Part shown: in pieces, positions 40,198 to 49,113 of the stretch
Layout of the letters: each line of letters starts with the position of its first letter
Position numbering within the stretch: position 1 is the first letter of the stretch
Assembly: GCA_963664815.2 (NCBI GenBank)
Contig: CAXXHB010000003.1
Location: 928,001 to 992,000 of the forward strand
Length of the DNA stretch: 64,000 bases
Direction: 5' to 3'
From: Spirochaetota bacterium
GTDB lineage: Bacteria > Spirochaetota > UBA4802 > UBA5550
Position numbers and translations under genes: made by a program
Notes under the pieces: generated by a model
The model's input: the letters and a program-made list of their open reading frames with translations, nothing else
Database searches by the model: none
What the model was told of the DNA's origin: nothing

Positions 40198-40947
40198 ATG
40201 AAAAATGATTCTATTTATGACAGCTGTATGTATTTTACAGCAACAAGACTGTCCAGAATTGTTACTGAAATGGCTGAAGAGGCATTTATGCCATCAGGTC
40301 TTTCCCCATCTCATGCTTTTCTGATGATGACAATATGTTCTTTTCCGGAAATTACACCTACGGAACTTGGTCAGAAAATGCATCTGGCCCCATCCACTGT
40401 GACGAGACTGGCTGATAAGCTTGAAATAAAAGGTTATATCGAGCGGAAGTCAAACGGGCGTAATTCCAATATCAGAGCTACAGAGCCGGGGATGAAAATC
40501 CAGGGGGCGCTGGACATGGTTACTCTCGGTATGGGGAAGACTCATTATTCGAATAAAGGGATAACCACCAACCGGGAGTTCAGTATTAATATTCCATCAG
40601 AAGATATGGTAATTGAAACTGATTATACCGGAATGGTGAGCGGTTCAAAAACTGATAAAAACGATATTTTTAAAATTTTCAGAGGTACTCTGAAACATGC
40701 ACCAATGATTGAAAAAGCACCCGTTACAATGGAATGTAAGCTTGTAGATCACTATGACTACAGGACTCACGATCTTTTTGTCGGAAGAGTTGAAAAGATA
40801 TATGCTGAAGAAAATATTCTTACCGGTGGGACCATAGATATTGCAAAAGTAAGACCGATGCTTTTCGACATGCATCAGCGTAAATACTGGAAAGTCGGGG
40901 AACCATTTGCTGATGCGTGGAGTGTTGGAAAAAATTACAGTAAGTAA
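40198..40947 (+). CDS. MarR HTH - flavin reductase (flavoredoxin) fusion
   Basis: LAPSTVTRLADKLEIKGYIER wHTH, then FSINIP..TDYTGMVSG..APMIE..MECK..HDLFVG. Confidence 0.8.
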   Translation: MKNDSIYDSCMYFTATRLSRIVTEMAEEAFMPSGLSPSHAFLMMTICSFPEITPTELGQKMHLAPSTVTRLADKLEIKGYIERKSNGRNSNIRATEPGMKIQGALDMVTLGMGKTHYSNKGITTNREFSINIPSEDMVIETDYTGMVSGSKTDKNDIFKIFRGTLKHAPMIEKAPVTMECKLVDHYDYRTHDLFVGRVEKIYAEENILTGGTIDIAKVRPMLFDMHQRKYWKVGEPFADAWSVGKNYSK

Positions 40948-40981
40948 TTGATGTGATATAAAAATTCATGGAGTCTTTCTT

Positions 40982-41245
40982 ATGAATACAATTTTTACAA
41001 GAAGAAGTATAAGGAAATATATAGATAAGCCTGTTGAAAAAGAAAAAATTGAAAAGCTGTTGGGGGCCACTATGTAGGCGCCTTCAGCGGCAAGTCAGCA
41101 GCCATGGGAATATATCGTTGTTGATGACAGAGAAATATTAAAAAAATTATCTTTTATGAGTCCGTATTCAAAACCGATCGAATCTGCCGGTGTAGCTTTT
41201 GTTCTCCTTGCTGATAATACCGTTGTCTCAAATCTTCCATCTTAA
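40982..41245 (+). pseudogene. Nitroreductase pseudogene
   Basis: MNTIFTRRSIRKY..ATM*APSAASQQPWEYIVV; in-frame TAG at 41075; truncated after about 87 codons. Confidence 0.85.
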
Positions 41246-41394
41246 AAAAAGATATAATACCGATACCTGAATTAATTTTTTTGATTTATTCTGGTCGAAT
41301 TGATAAAATACTTGGTTTTCATAATATAATTTATTACATAAGAATTTGACTCTTGTTTGTTTCATGTTTATAATAAAACAAAGCTTTCTGTAAA

Positions 41395-41640
41395 GTGGTT
41401 ATAACCCCAATTGAAACAGATAAATTTGCAGAAGATCAGCTCCGGGAGAGTATAAGAGTTATTCTTTCCGGAATTGGGAGCGAAGGGAGTTGGGAACTTA
41501 AAACATTTAAAGAAAAAACAGCACCATCCTCGTGCAGGATAAATTATAAGCAATATCTGGCGGGATACCGCGCAGGGATGTGGAAGCGGTAATTGCGGAT
41601 ATTGCCGCAGATCTTGATTTCACGGGAAGAGACCGGAGGG
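41395..41640 (+). pseudogene. CheB methylesterase-domain remnant
   Basis: AEDQLRESIRVILSGIGSEGSWELKTFKEK resembles CheB AEDQ..SIGIILSGMGSDG..GLKAIKEK; decays afterwards. Confidence 0.55.
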
Positions 41641-41648
41641 GGTAGATT

Positions 41649-43313
41649 TTGTTCATGAGAAGCGTTGATAAAAGTTTTGAAACCGGAAATCTGAGCGGGA
41701 AAACAGATGATCTGCTGAAAAAGAAATTTACAGTGGCAGCAGAAAAAATGTCTGAAGCAGAGACAATCAGACTTCTCCGTGAATTAGATGTGCGCAGGAC
41801 AGAGCTGGAATTGCAGACCAAAGAGTTGATTAAGGAAAAAAAACTGGTAAAGTCGATTGCTGATAAATATACCGAGTTATACGATTTTGCTCCGACAGGT
41901 TATTACACTCTATCTGATAAAGGTGATATAATTGACCTGAATATTATGGGGTCAAGGCTGATAGGCAAAGAGCGGTCTGGTCTGAAAAACAGAAATTTCG
42001 GATTATTTATTTCTGCAGATACAAGAAATATCTTTAATGTTTTTTTTGAAAAAGTATTTCAAAGCAGCTCAACAGAAACCTGTGAGGTGGCGTTGTCAGT
42101 AAGCGCAGATATGCCGCTCTATATTCAGCTTACAGGCATTGCTGCTGAAGGCAGGCAGCAATGCCTTTTAACTGCAGTTGATATTTCTCTACGCAGGAAA
42201 TCGGAGAAGGAATTTGAAATATACCGCAAACATCTGGAAGAACTTGTACAATGCCGTACAATCGAGTTGTCTGAAAGTGAAACCCGCTACAGGGAGATTA
42301 TAGATTCAATAACTGACTATGTGTACCAGGTAAAAATCGACGGTAATGAGAACACAACAACCATTTATACAGAGAGTTGTTTTCCTGTAACGGGCTATCA
42401 TTCATATGAATTTATGGAAGATCATTTCTTATGGTTAAATATTGTAGCAAAAGAAGACCGGTCAAAGGTTAAAAATTTTATAATTTCCATATACTCGGAA
42501 CAGGGACTGTCTGAAAAAAAAATTGAACATAGAATTGTTCATAAAAACGGATCAATCAGGTGGATTCAGAATAATATAGTTCTTCATAAAGACTCCGACG
42601 GAAAACTGTCGGGTTATGATGGAGTGATAAGTGATATAACCGGAAGAAAAATGTATGAAGAGGAAATCGTAAATCTTAATCAGCATATAATTAAACTTCA
42701 GGAGGAGGAACGGCAAAGAGTGGCACAGGATCTTCATGACAGTGTTGGTCAGTCTTTAATTGCTGCAAAGATGAGTATTGATACGTACAGGCAGGAACCG
42801 GATTATTTCAAAAATCAGCTTGAAGTAGGGCTCTCTTTTCTGGTCAAGGCCAGTCAGGAACTGAGGGAAATCTACACTAACCTCTATCCAACGGTATTGA
42901 ATGATCTCGGTTTTGAAATGGCTGTTAAATGGCTTGTGCACAATACTCTGGAAAAAAATAATATAAAAGCTTTTGTAGATGTAGTGATCACAATCGGTAT
43001 ATCACATGAGATTGAGGTTTGTTTATACAGGATAATTCAGGAGATTATATCGAATATATTAAAACATGCCTCCGCCTCTGTAGTTCATTTGAGTTTAAAC
43101 AGTAATGAAAATCAGTTAAAACTGATTATAAAAGATAATGGAGTAGGGTTTGACCATGAAACAAAAAAAGACGGAATTAATAGATATGGACTGGCAAATA
43201 TTAAAAGCCGTGTTACCAGTTTTAATGGAAAATTTAATATTGAAAGAAACAGGCCGCATGGAACAATTATAAGTATTACTGCTGTTTTTCAGAATTCAGC
43301 CATTCCTGTATGA
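41649..43313 (+). CDS. PAS-PAS sensor histidine kinase (HisKA_3)
   Basis: LYDFAPTGY PAS, EEERQRVAQDLHDSVGQ H-box, QEIISNILKHA, DNGVGF, GLANI. Confidence 0.93.
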   Translation: MFMRSVDKSFETGNLSGKTDDLLKKKFTVAAEKMSEAETIRLLRELDVRRTELELQTKELIKEKKLVKSIADKYTELYDFAPTGYYTLSDKGDIIDLNIMGSRLIGKERSGLKNRNFGLFISADTRNIFNVFFEKVFQSSSTETCEVALSVSADMPLYIQLTGIAAEGRQQCLLTAVDISLRRKSEKEFEIYRKHLEELVQCRTIELSESETRYREIIDSITDYVYQVKIDGNENTTTIYTESCFPVTGYHSYEFMEDHFLWLNIVAKEDRSKVKNFIISIYSEQGLSEKKIEHRIVHKNGSIRWIQNNIVLHKDSDGKLSGYDGVISDITGRKMYEEEIVNLNQHIIKLQEEERQRVAQDLHDSVGQSLIAAKMSIDTYRQEPDYFKNQLEVGLSFLVKASQELREIYTNLYPTVLNDLGFEMAVKWLVHNTLEKNNIKAFVDVVITIGISHEIEVCLYRIIQEIISNILKHASASVVHLSLNSNENQLKLIIKDNGVGFDHETKKDGINRYGLANIKSRVTSFNGKFNIERNRPHGTIISITAVFQNSAIPV

Positions 43314-43649
43314 GTATGCAGATACCGGCAGATAAATGACATCCCCGCTGCAGGAAGTATCAATAGCCGGGTATATTCAAATATTTAACCTCAGTTATTT
43401 AATACTTTCGTAATACCAACTGACTTTTTCGGATCATTACACCTGTTATATTCCGGATAAAATCCGGATAATTACCCAGATTTCAAAATGAAATCTAACT
43501 ATAAAGAAATATAAAACTAATCATTTAGGATTATTGACGTTAGTCATTGTTTTAACTTCCTTGAGATTGAGTGTTAAACTTTTTAGCGTGAAGTGCAGGT
43601 TTTTGTAACGAATAACATTACAATTATTATAAAAAGCAGAAGGTCAACT

Positions 43650-44147
43650 ATGTCATCTATAAGCCAGAAAAAAAAACAGTCAGAGAATACTGAGGATACT
43701 GCTGCACGGCAGTATGTAACTTTTTCCATAAAGGATGAATTATACGGCATTGATGTAAGAAGAGCCCAGGAGGTTATGAATCTTCCGAAGATAACTAAGG
43801 TCCCGAATACAATGCCATTTATGAAAGGTGTAATTGATTTAAGAGGTAAAATTATACCGCTCATAGACATGAGGATTAAATTCAAAATCGAAGAGAAAGC
43901 CTACGATCAGAAAACTGTTATAATAATCATTGAGGTAAAGAAGGTTCTTTGCGGCGTTATCGTTGATTCAGTATCAGATGTTGCAAATATGTCGCTGAAT
44001 GACGTTCAGCATACTCCGCATTTTGCTTCTGAGATTGATAAAGATATGGTCTTCGGCATCGGTAAAATTGGTGAGAAGCTTGTGATTGTACTTGATGTCG
44101 ACAGACTGCTTACAGACGAGGAGCTTCAGCTGATTAAAACTTCATAA
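43650..44147 (+). CDS. cheW: Chemotaxis adaptor CheW
   Basis: ITKVPN..GVIDLRGKIIPLID, GVIVDSV. Confidence 0.95.
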   Translation: MSSISQKKKQSENTEDTAARQYVTFSIKDELYGIDVRRAQEVMNLPKITKVPNTMPFMKGVIDLRGKIIPLIDMRIKFKIEEKAYDQKTVIIIIEVKKVLCGVIVDSVSDVANMSLNDVQHTPHFASEIDKDMVFGIGKIGEKLVIVLDVDRLLTDEELQLIKTS

Positions 44148-44259
44148 TCCGCGTTACGCTCGTATGATGATGGGGCCGAGGAGGCTGCATGAAATCTGGA
44201 TTTTATAAAATGTAACAAATTAAAATTAAAAGTAATATTATAGTCTATGGAGGAACAGG

Positions 44260-47200
44260 ATGTTTAAGAATATGAAGCTGGGATTTAAGATAATCTCTGC
44301 ATTAATGCTGCTGGTCGCTATTGGTGTTATAATTGGTATTACAGGTTTTATCGGTATAACAAATGTAAATAAAAGTCTGGTCGATGTTTCCGAGGTCAAC
44401 CTGCCGAGTATCCAGAATCTGCAGGTTATAAATGAAGCGCAGACAGCTGTTGATGGCGTGGAAAATGCCCTTCTCTCGAGAAATATCACAAATGAAGACC
44501 GTAAAGCATTTATGGATAAATTTATTGAGATAAAAAAACGTGCTGATGACGCACGAAAGATTTATGAACCTCTTCCTCAGGAGGATAAAGAGGCTGTATT
44601 ATGGAAACAGTTTGTGCCTGCATGGGATAAATGGTGGAATGATCATCTTGAATTTGAAAGACTGGCGAAGGTTTATGTCAATGCACCAAGTGATGAGAAC
44701 TATGCAAAAATGAGTTCTCAGGCGCTGACAGTAAATACTCTGTCATTTGCTGTGGCAGAGAAGCTTCTGGGTGAAATAATTAATATAAATATTAAAGCTG
44801 CTGAAAGGGATAAAAAAGAAACCAATGCTTCTGTAGCTTTTTTAAAGTTTCTTCTTATTACTATTATTCTGGTGGGCGCTGCAATATCGGTAATAATAGG
44901 TTTTATTCTCAGCCGTTCTGTAAACAAAATAATAAATGGAATGATTAAAGAGGTAAGTATAATTACCCAGGCTGCAATTGACGGGAAGCTCGACACGCGG
45001 GCAAATACAGAGCGGATAAATTTTGAATTCAGGGCCATTGGCGAGGGGTTGAATAATATACTTGATGCAGTAATCGGTCCCCTGAATGTTGCTGCTGAAT
45101 ACGTTGATAGAATTTCGAAAGGCGATATTCCTGCAAAGATAACAGATACATATCACGGTGACTTTAACGAAATTAAAAATAATCTGAATCAGGTGATTGA
45201 CGCAGTTAGTGAGCTTGTTGCAGATGCCAAACTTCTGGCCAAGGCGGCAGTTGACGGCAAGCTTGATACCAGGGCAGACGCGACAAAACATCAGGGTGAT
45301 TTCGCGGTTATAGTGAAGGGTGTAAACGATACGCTGGACGCGGTTATTGGACCGCTTAATGTTGCGGCTGAATATGTGGACAGGATTTCCCGTGGAGATA
45401 TCCCGCCGAAAATTACAGATACATATAATGGAGATTTCAACGAGATAAAGAATAATCTGAACCAGTGTATTGAAGCTGTGAATCTTCTTGTTGCAGATGC
45501 CAAACTTCTGGCCAAAGCGGCGGTTGACGGCAAACTTGATACCAGAGCCGACGCTACAAAACACCAGGGAGATTTTGCTGCCATAGTGAAGGGTGTGAAC
45601 GATACGCTGGACGCGGTTATTGGACCGCTTAATGTTGCGGCTGAATATGTGGACAGGATTTCCCGTGGCGATATCCCGCCGAAAATTACAGATACATATA
45701 ATGGAGATTTCAACGAGATAAAGAATAACCTGAACCAGTGTATTGAAGCTGTGAACCTTCTTGTTGCAGATGCCAAACTTCTGGCCAAGGCGGCAGTTGA
45801 CGGCAAGCTTGACACCAGAGCCGACGCGACAAAACATCAGGGTGATTTCGCGGTTATAGTGAAGGGTGTAAACGATACGCTGAATGCGGTTATTGGACCG
45901 CTTAATGTTGCGGCTGAATATGTGGACAGGATTTCCCGCGGAGATATCCCGCCGAGAATAACAGATACATATAATGGAGATTTCAACGAGATAAAGAATA
46001 ACCTGAACCAGTGTATTGAAGCGGTGAACCTTCTTGTTGCAGATGCCAAACTTCTGGCCAAGGCGGCAGTTGACGGCAAGCTTGATACCAGAGCAGACGC
46101 GACAAGACATCAGGGTGATTTCGCGGTTATAGTGAAGGGTGTAAACGATACGCTGGACGCGGTTATTGGACCGCTTAATGTTGCGGCTGAATATGTGGAC
46201 AGGATTTCCCGTGGAGATATCCCTCCGAGAATAACAGATACATATAATGGAGATTTCAACGAGATAAAGAATAATCTGAATCAGGCCATTGATGCGGTAA
46301 ATAATCTGGTTAAGGATGCCAATATGTTGTCCAAGGCGGCAGTTGACGGCAAGCTTGACACCAGAGCCGACGCGACAAAACACCAGGGTGATTTTGCTGC
46401 CATAGTGAAGGGTGTAAACGATACGCTTGATGCGGTTATTGGGCCGCTTAATGTTGCAGCCGAATATGTTGATAAAATCTCCAAAGGGGATATCCCTGCG
46501 AAGATTACAGATAATTACAACGGAGATTTTAACGATATAAAGAATAACCTTAATGTCCTGATCGAAGCTATGGATAGTATTACAGTGGTTGCACAGGAGA
46601 TTGCCACAGGAAATCTTATGGTTACAGTAAATGAGAGATCCGCGCAGGATAAGCTGATGCAGGCGCTCAAGAAAATGGTGGCTGATCTTACGACTATTGC
46701 CATTGATGTTCAGAATGCTGCGAATCAGGTCGCAACCGGCAGCGGCGAAATGAGTTCTTCTGCCGAGGAGATGGCTCAAAGCGCAAATGAACAATCCGCC
46801 AGCGTTGAAGAGGTGTCAAGTTCAATGGAGGAGATGAACAGCTCTGTTGTTCAAAATGCAGACAATGCAAAACAGACAGCTGCAATTTCTACAAAGGCGT
46901 CAAAAGATGCGCAGGAAGGGGGAGCTGCTGTTAATGAAACTGTCAAGGCTATGAGGAGTATTGCGGAAAAGATTGCTGTTATAGAAGATATCGCTGCGCA
47001 GACAAATATGCTGGCACTGAATGCCGCTATTGAAGCTGCACGTGCAGGAGATCATGGCAAGGGGTTTGCCGTTGTTGCAGGCGAGGTAAGAAATCTTGCT
47101 GAAAGAAGCGGTAACGCGGCAAAGGAGATAAATAATCTTTCAGTGTCAAGTGTTGAGGTGGCAGAGAGAGCAGGAAAGCTTATTGAAGAGATAGTGCCGC

Positions 47201-47634
47201 AGATCCAGAAAACAGCGGAGCTGATCCAGGAGATAAACGCTTCCAGTTCCGAACAGGCAAACGGCATTACCCAGGTTACTCAGGCTATTGAACAGCTTGA
47301 TAAAGGGATACAGCAGAATGCCGCAGCTACAGAACAGATGGCGTCAACAACCGAGGAACTGCTAAGTCAGGCAGAACAACTTAAAAATTCCGCAGCGTTT
47401 TTTAAAGTAAATAACAGCGGAGCAGGTTCGTCATCTTTTAAATCCTCCGAACATAAGAGCGGATCTGTAAAATCCGCAGCACATGGAGAAACTAAAAAAA
47501 GTGTATTTAAACATAATATTCATTCCACAGATATAAAAGATTTAAACAAGAAACATGGCAATGAGGGATTACACGATGCTGATTCCGGAGTTTCGCTTAA
47601 TTTGAATTCAGATGAAGGGTTTGAAAGGTATTAG
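44260..47634 (+). CDS. Methyl-accepting chemotaxis protein (4HB sensor, poly-HAMP, short signalling domain)
   Basis: 2 TM flanking a 4HB_MCP domain, tandem HAMPs, [17 protein letters not shown] hairpin, C-terminal pentapeptide GFERY. Confidence 0.96.
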   Translation: MFKNMKLGFKIISALMLLVAIGVIIGITGFIGITNVNKSLVDVSEVNLPSIQNLQVINEAQTAVDGVENALLSRNITNEDRKAFMDKFIEIKKRADDARKIYEPLPQEDKEAVLWKQFVPAWDKWWNDHLEFERLAKVYVNAPSDENYAKMSSQALTVNTLSFAVAEKLLGEIININIKAAERDKKETNASVAFLKFLLITIILVGAAISVIIGFILSRSVNKIINGMIKEVSIITQAAIDGKLDTRANTERINFEFRAIGEGLNNILDAVIGPLNVAAEYVDRISKGDIPAKITDTYHGDFNEIKNNLNQVIDAVSELVADAKLLAKAAVDGKLDTRADATKHQGDFAVIVKGVNDTLDAVIGPLNVAAEYVDRISRGDIPPKITDTYNGDFNEIKNNLNQCIEAVNLLVADAKLLAKAAVDGKLDTRADATKHQGDFAAIVKGVNDTLDAVIGPLNVAAEYVDRISRGDIPPKITDTYNGDFNEIKNNLNQCIEAVNLLVADAKLLAKAAVDGKLDTRADATKHQGDFAVIVKGVNDTLNAVIGPLNVAAEYVDRISRGDIPPRITDTYNGDFNEIKNNLNQCIEAVNLLVADAKLLAKAAVDGKLDTRADATRHQGDFAVIVKGVNDTLDAVIGPLNVAAEYVDRISRGDIPPRITDTYNGDFNEIKNNLNQAIDAVNNLVKDANMLSKAAVDGKLDTRADATKHQGDFAAIVKGVNDTLDAVIGPLNVAAEYVDKISKGDIPAKITDNYNGDFNDIKNNLNVLIEAMDSITVVAQEIATGNLMVTVNERSAQDKLMQALKKMVADLTTIAIDVQNAANQVATGSGEMSSSAEEMAQSANEQSASVEEVSSSMEEMNSSVVQNADNAKQTAAISTKASKDAQEGGAAVNETVKAMRSIAEKIAVIEDIAAQTNMLALNAAIEAARAGDHGKGFAVVAGEVRNLAERSGNAAKEINNLSVSSVEVAERAGKLIEEIVPQIQKTAELIQEINASSSEQANGITQVTQAIEQLDKGIQQNAAATEQMASTTEELLSQAEQLKNSAAFFKVNNSGAGSSSFKSSEHKSGSVKSAAHGETKKSVFKHNIHSTDIKDLNKKHGNEGLHDADSGVSLNLNSDEGFERY
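44968..46605 (+). repeat. 273-bp (91-aa) intragenic tandem repeat x6
   Basis: Units start at 44968, 45241, 45514, 45787, 46060 and 46333; inner copies are nearly identical at DNA level. Confidence 0.95.
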
Positions 47635-47854
47635 ATGTTATGCAGGTCAGAAACCGATCGACACAGTTGTTTCTGTACTGCAGGACAGGGCTGATAAGAA
47701 AAGACGTTTTATTAAACAGGCGACGGGATGAAAGAAATTCCTGGTCCCTGCAAAATCCGGTAGATCCGGGGTTGGCAGAGAATCGGGAATTCAAAGCACT
47801 TAGATTGGTTTAATACCGTTAATCTGCAGAATAGTTCAATACAGGGTGAATCAG

Positions 47855-48400
47855 ATGGAAGAAATAACAAGAACCGATGAAGAATACATATCAGACATTG
47901 ATTCTGAAAGCGATATGAACGCATCTGCTGCTGTTGATATGGTGCTTTACCTGACTTTTCTGCTGGGCAGAGAGCTGTTTGGCGTAAAGGTCAGCGAAGT
48001 GAGGGAAGTAATTGAATACAAACAGGTTTTTAAAGTACCGAGGGTGCCGGATTATTTAAAGGGTGTAATTAATCTACGGGGAGAAGTTGTACCGGTCATT
48101 GATCTTCATTCCAGGTTTTTCAATACACTATGCACTGTCACAAAAACCACATCTATTGTTATTGTTGAGGTGGATGATGATAACCATAAAATACCAATAG
48201 GCGTTATAATAGATCAGGTAAAGGCTGTTACTGAACTTTATCAAAACAGTATTGAGTCCGTACCGGAGATCGGTAACAAGATCAGATCTGATTATATAGA
48301 GGGGATTGGAAAGGTTGAAGATCAGTTCGTTATTCTTCTGAGGATGCAGAATATACTGAACATAGAGGAGTTGTCAAATATTGATGACAGTGCTGTTTAG
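47855..48400 (+). CDS. cheW: Chemotaxis adaptor CheW (second copy)
   Basis: KVPRVPDYLKGVINLRGEVVPVID. Confidence 0.94.
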   Translation: MEEITRTDEEYISDIDSESDMNASAAVDMVLYLTFLLGRELFGVKVSEVREVIEYKQVFKVPRVPDYLKGVINLRGEVVPVIDLHSRFFNTLCTVTKTTSIVIVEVDDDNHKIPIGVIIDQVKAVTELYQNSIESVPEIGNKIRSDYIEGIGKVEDQFVILLRMQNILNIEELSNIDDSAV

Positions 48401-48414
48401 GCCCGGAGGTTGAG

Positions 48415-48783
48415 ATGACAAAGAAGATATTGATTGTTGATGATTCAAAGGCTATCAGGGAAGCTCTTGTTTATACCTTAAAAAATTCAGGATATGAAGT
48501 AGTTCAGGCATCAAATGGTATTGAGGCTTTGAATTTAATGAAAGAACATTCCATCGGACTTTTTATATCTGATGTCAACATGCCTGAAATGGATGGTATT
48601 GCTCTTCTTAAAAAAATAAAAGAAGATACTGTTTATAAACATGCTCCGGTGATAATGCTTACCACAGAGGCTGGAAGTGATATGATAATCGCTGGGAAAG
48701 AGGCAGGAGCAAGGGCATGGTTAATAAAACCATTCAAGCCGGAAGAACTTATTGAAGCTGTGAAAAAGCTTTTTACAGCATAA
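48415..48783 (+). CDS. cheY: Response regulator CheY
   Basis: IVDDS, SDVNMPEMDG, MLTTE, WLIKPF. Confidence 0.92.
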   Translation: MTKKILIVDDSKAIREALVYTLKNSGYEVVQASNGIEALNLMKEHSIGLFISDVNMPEMDGIALLKKIKEDTVYKHAPVIMLTTEAGSDMIIAGKEAGARAWLIKPFKPEELIEAVKKLFTA

Positions 48784-48805
48784 AATCGGAAAGAGAAGGG
48801 AAGTT

Positions 48806-49099
48806 ATGAAACTTAAGATTGTCAGAAAAAAAATGGATAAAGATATTCTTCATTTAACATTTTACGGAGGGATTAATGTATACTCTGTGCCAAAGCTTAA
48901 AGATGTTCTTATTAAAGAATTTGAATTGTGCTCAGAAATCACAATGGATCTTGAAATGATTGATGAAGCAGATACTGCCGGATTCCAGCTTCTGCTATTT
49001 CTGAAGCGCGAGGCAAAAATGGCGGGGAAGATTTTAATGATAACCGGAATGAGCAGCAGGCTCAGGTCGATTTTCACTCTTTATAATGAGACCATATAG
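48806..49099 (+). CDS. STAS domain protein
   Basis: MDLEMIDEADTAGFQLL STAS motif between cheY and cheA. Confidence 0.88.
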   Translation: MKLKIVRKKMDKDILHLTFYGGINVYSVPKLKDVLIKEFELCSEITMDLEMIDEADTAGFQLLLFLKREAKMAGKILMITGMSSRLRSIFTLYNETI

Positions 49100-49113
49100 C
49101 TTGGAGGCACAGC

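Noticed and set aside
41075-41077. In-frame TAG as pyrrolysine or readthrough
   Set aside because: The gene is also truncated, no pyl genes are visible, and other genes here use TAG as a normal stop.
43445-43475. ttccggataaatccggataa palindrome as a specific operator
   Set aside because: tccgg/ccgga words are frequent throughout the window (e.g. near 9665 and 52760), so it cannot be separated from background by eye.
44968-46605. Tandem repeats as a CRISPR array
   Set aside because: Long in-frame coding units with no unique spacers; no CRISPR array or cas gene was seen anywhere in the window.
44842-46794. 650-aa minus-strand ORF
   Set aside because: Antisense shadow of the 273-bp MCP repeat; a stop-free unit is simply repeated, and the composition is not protein-like.
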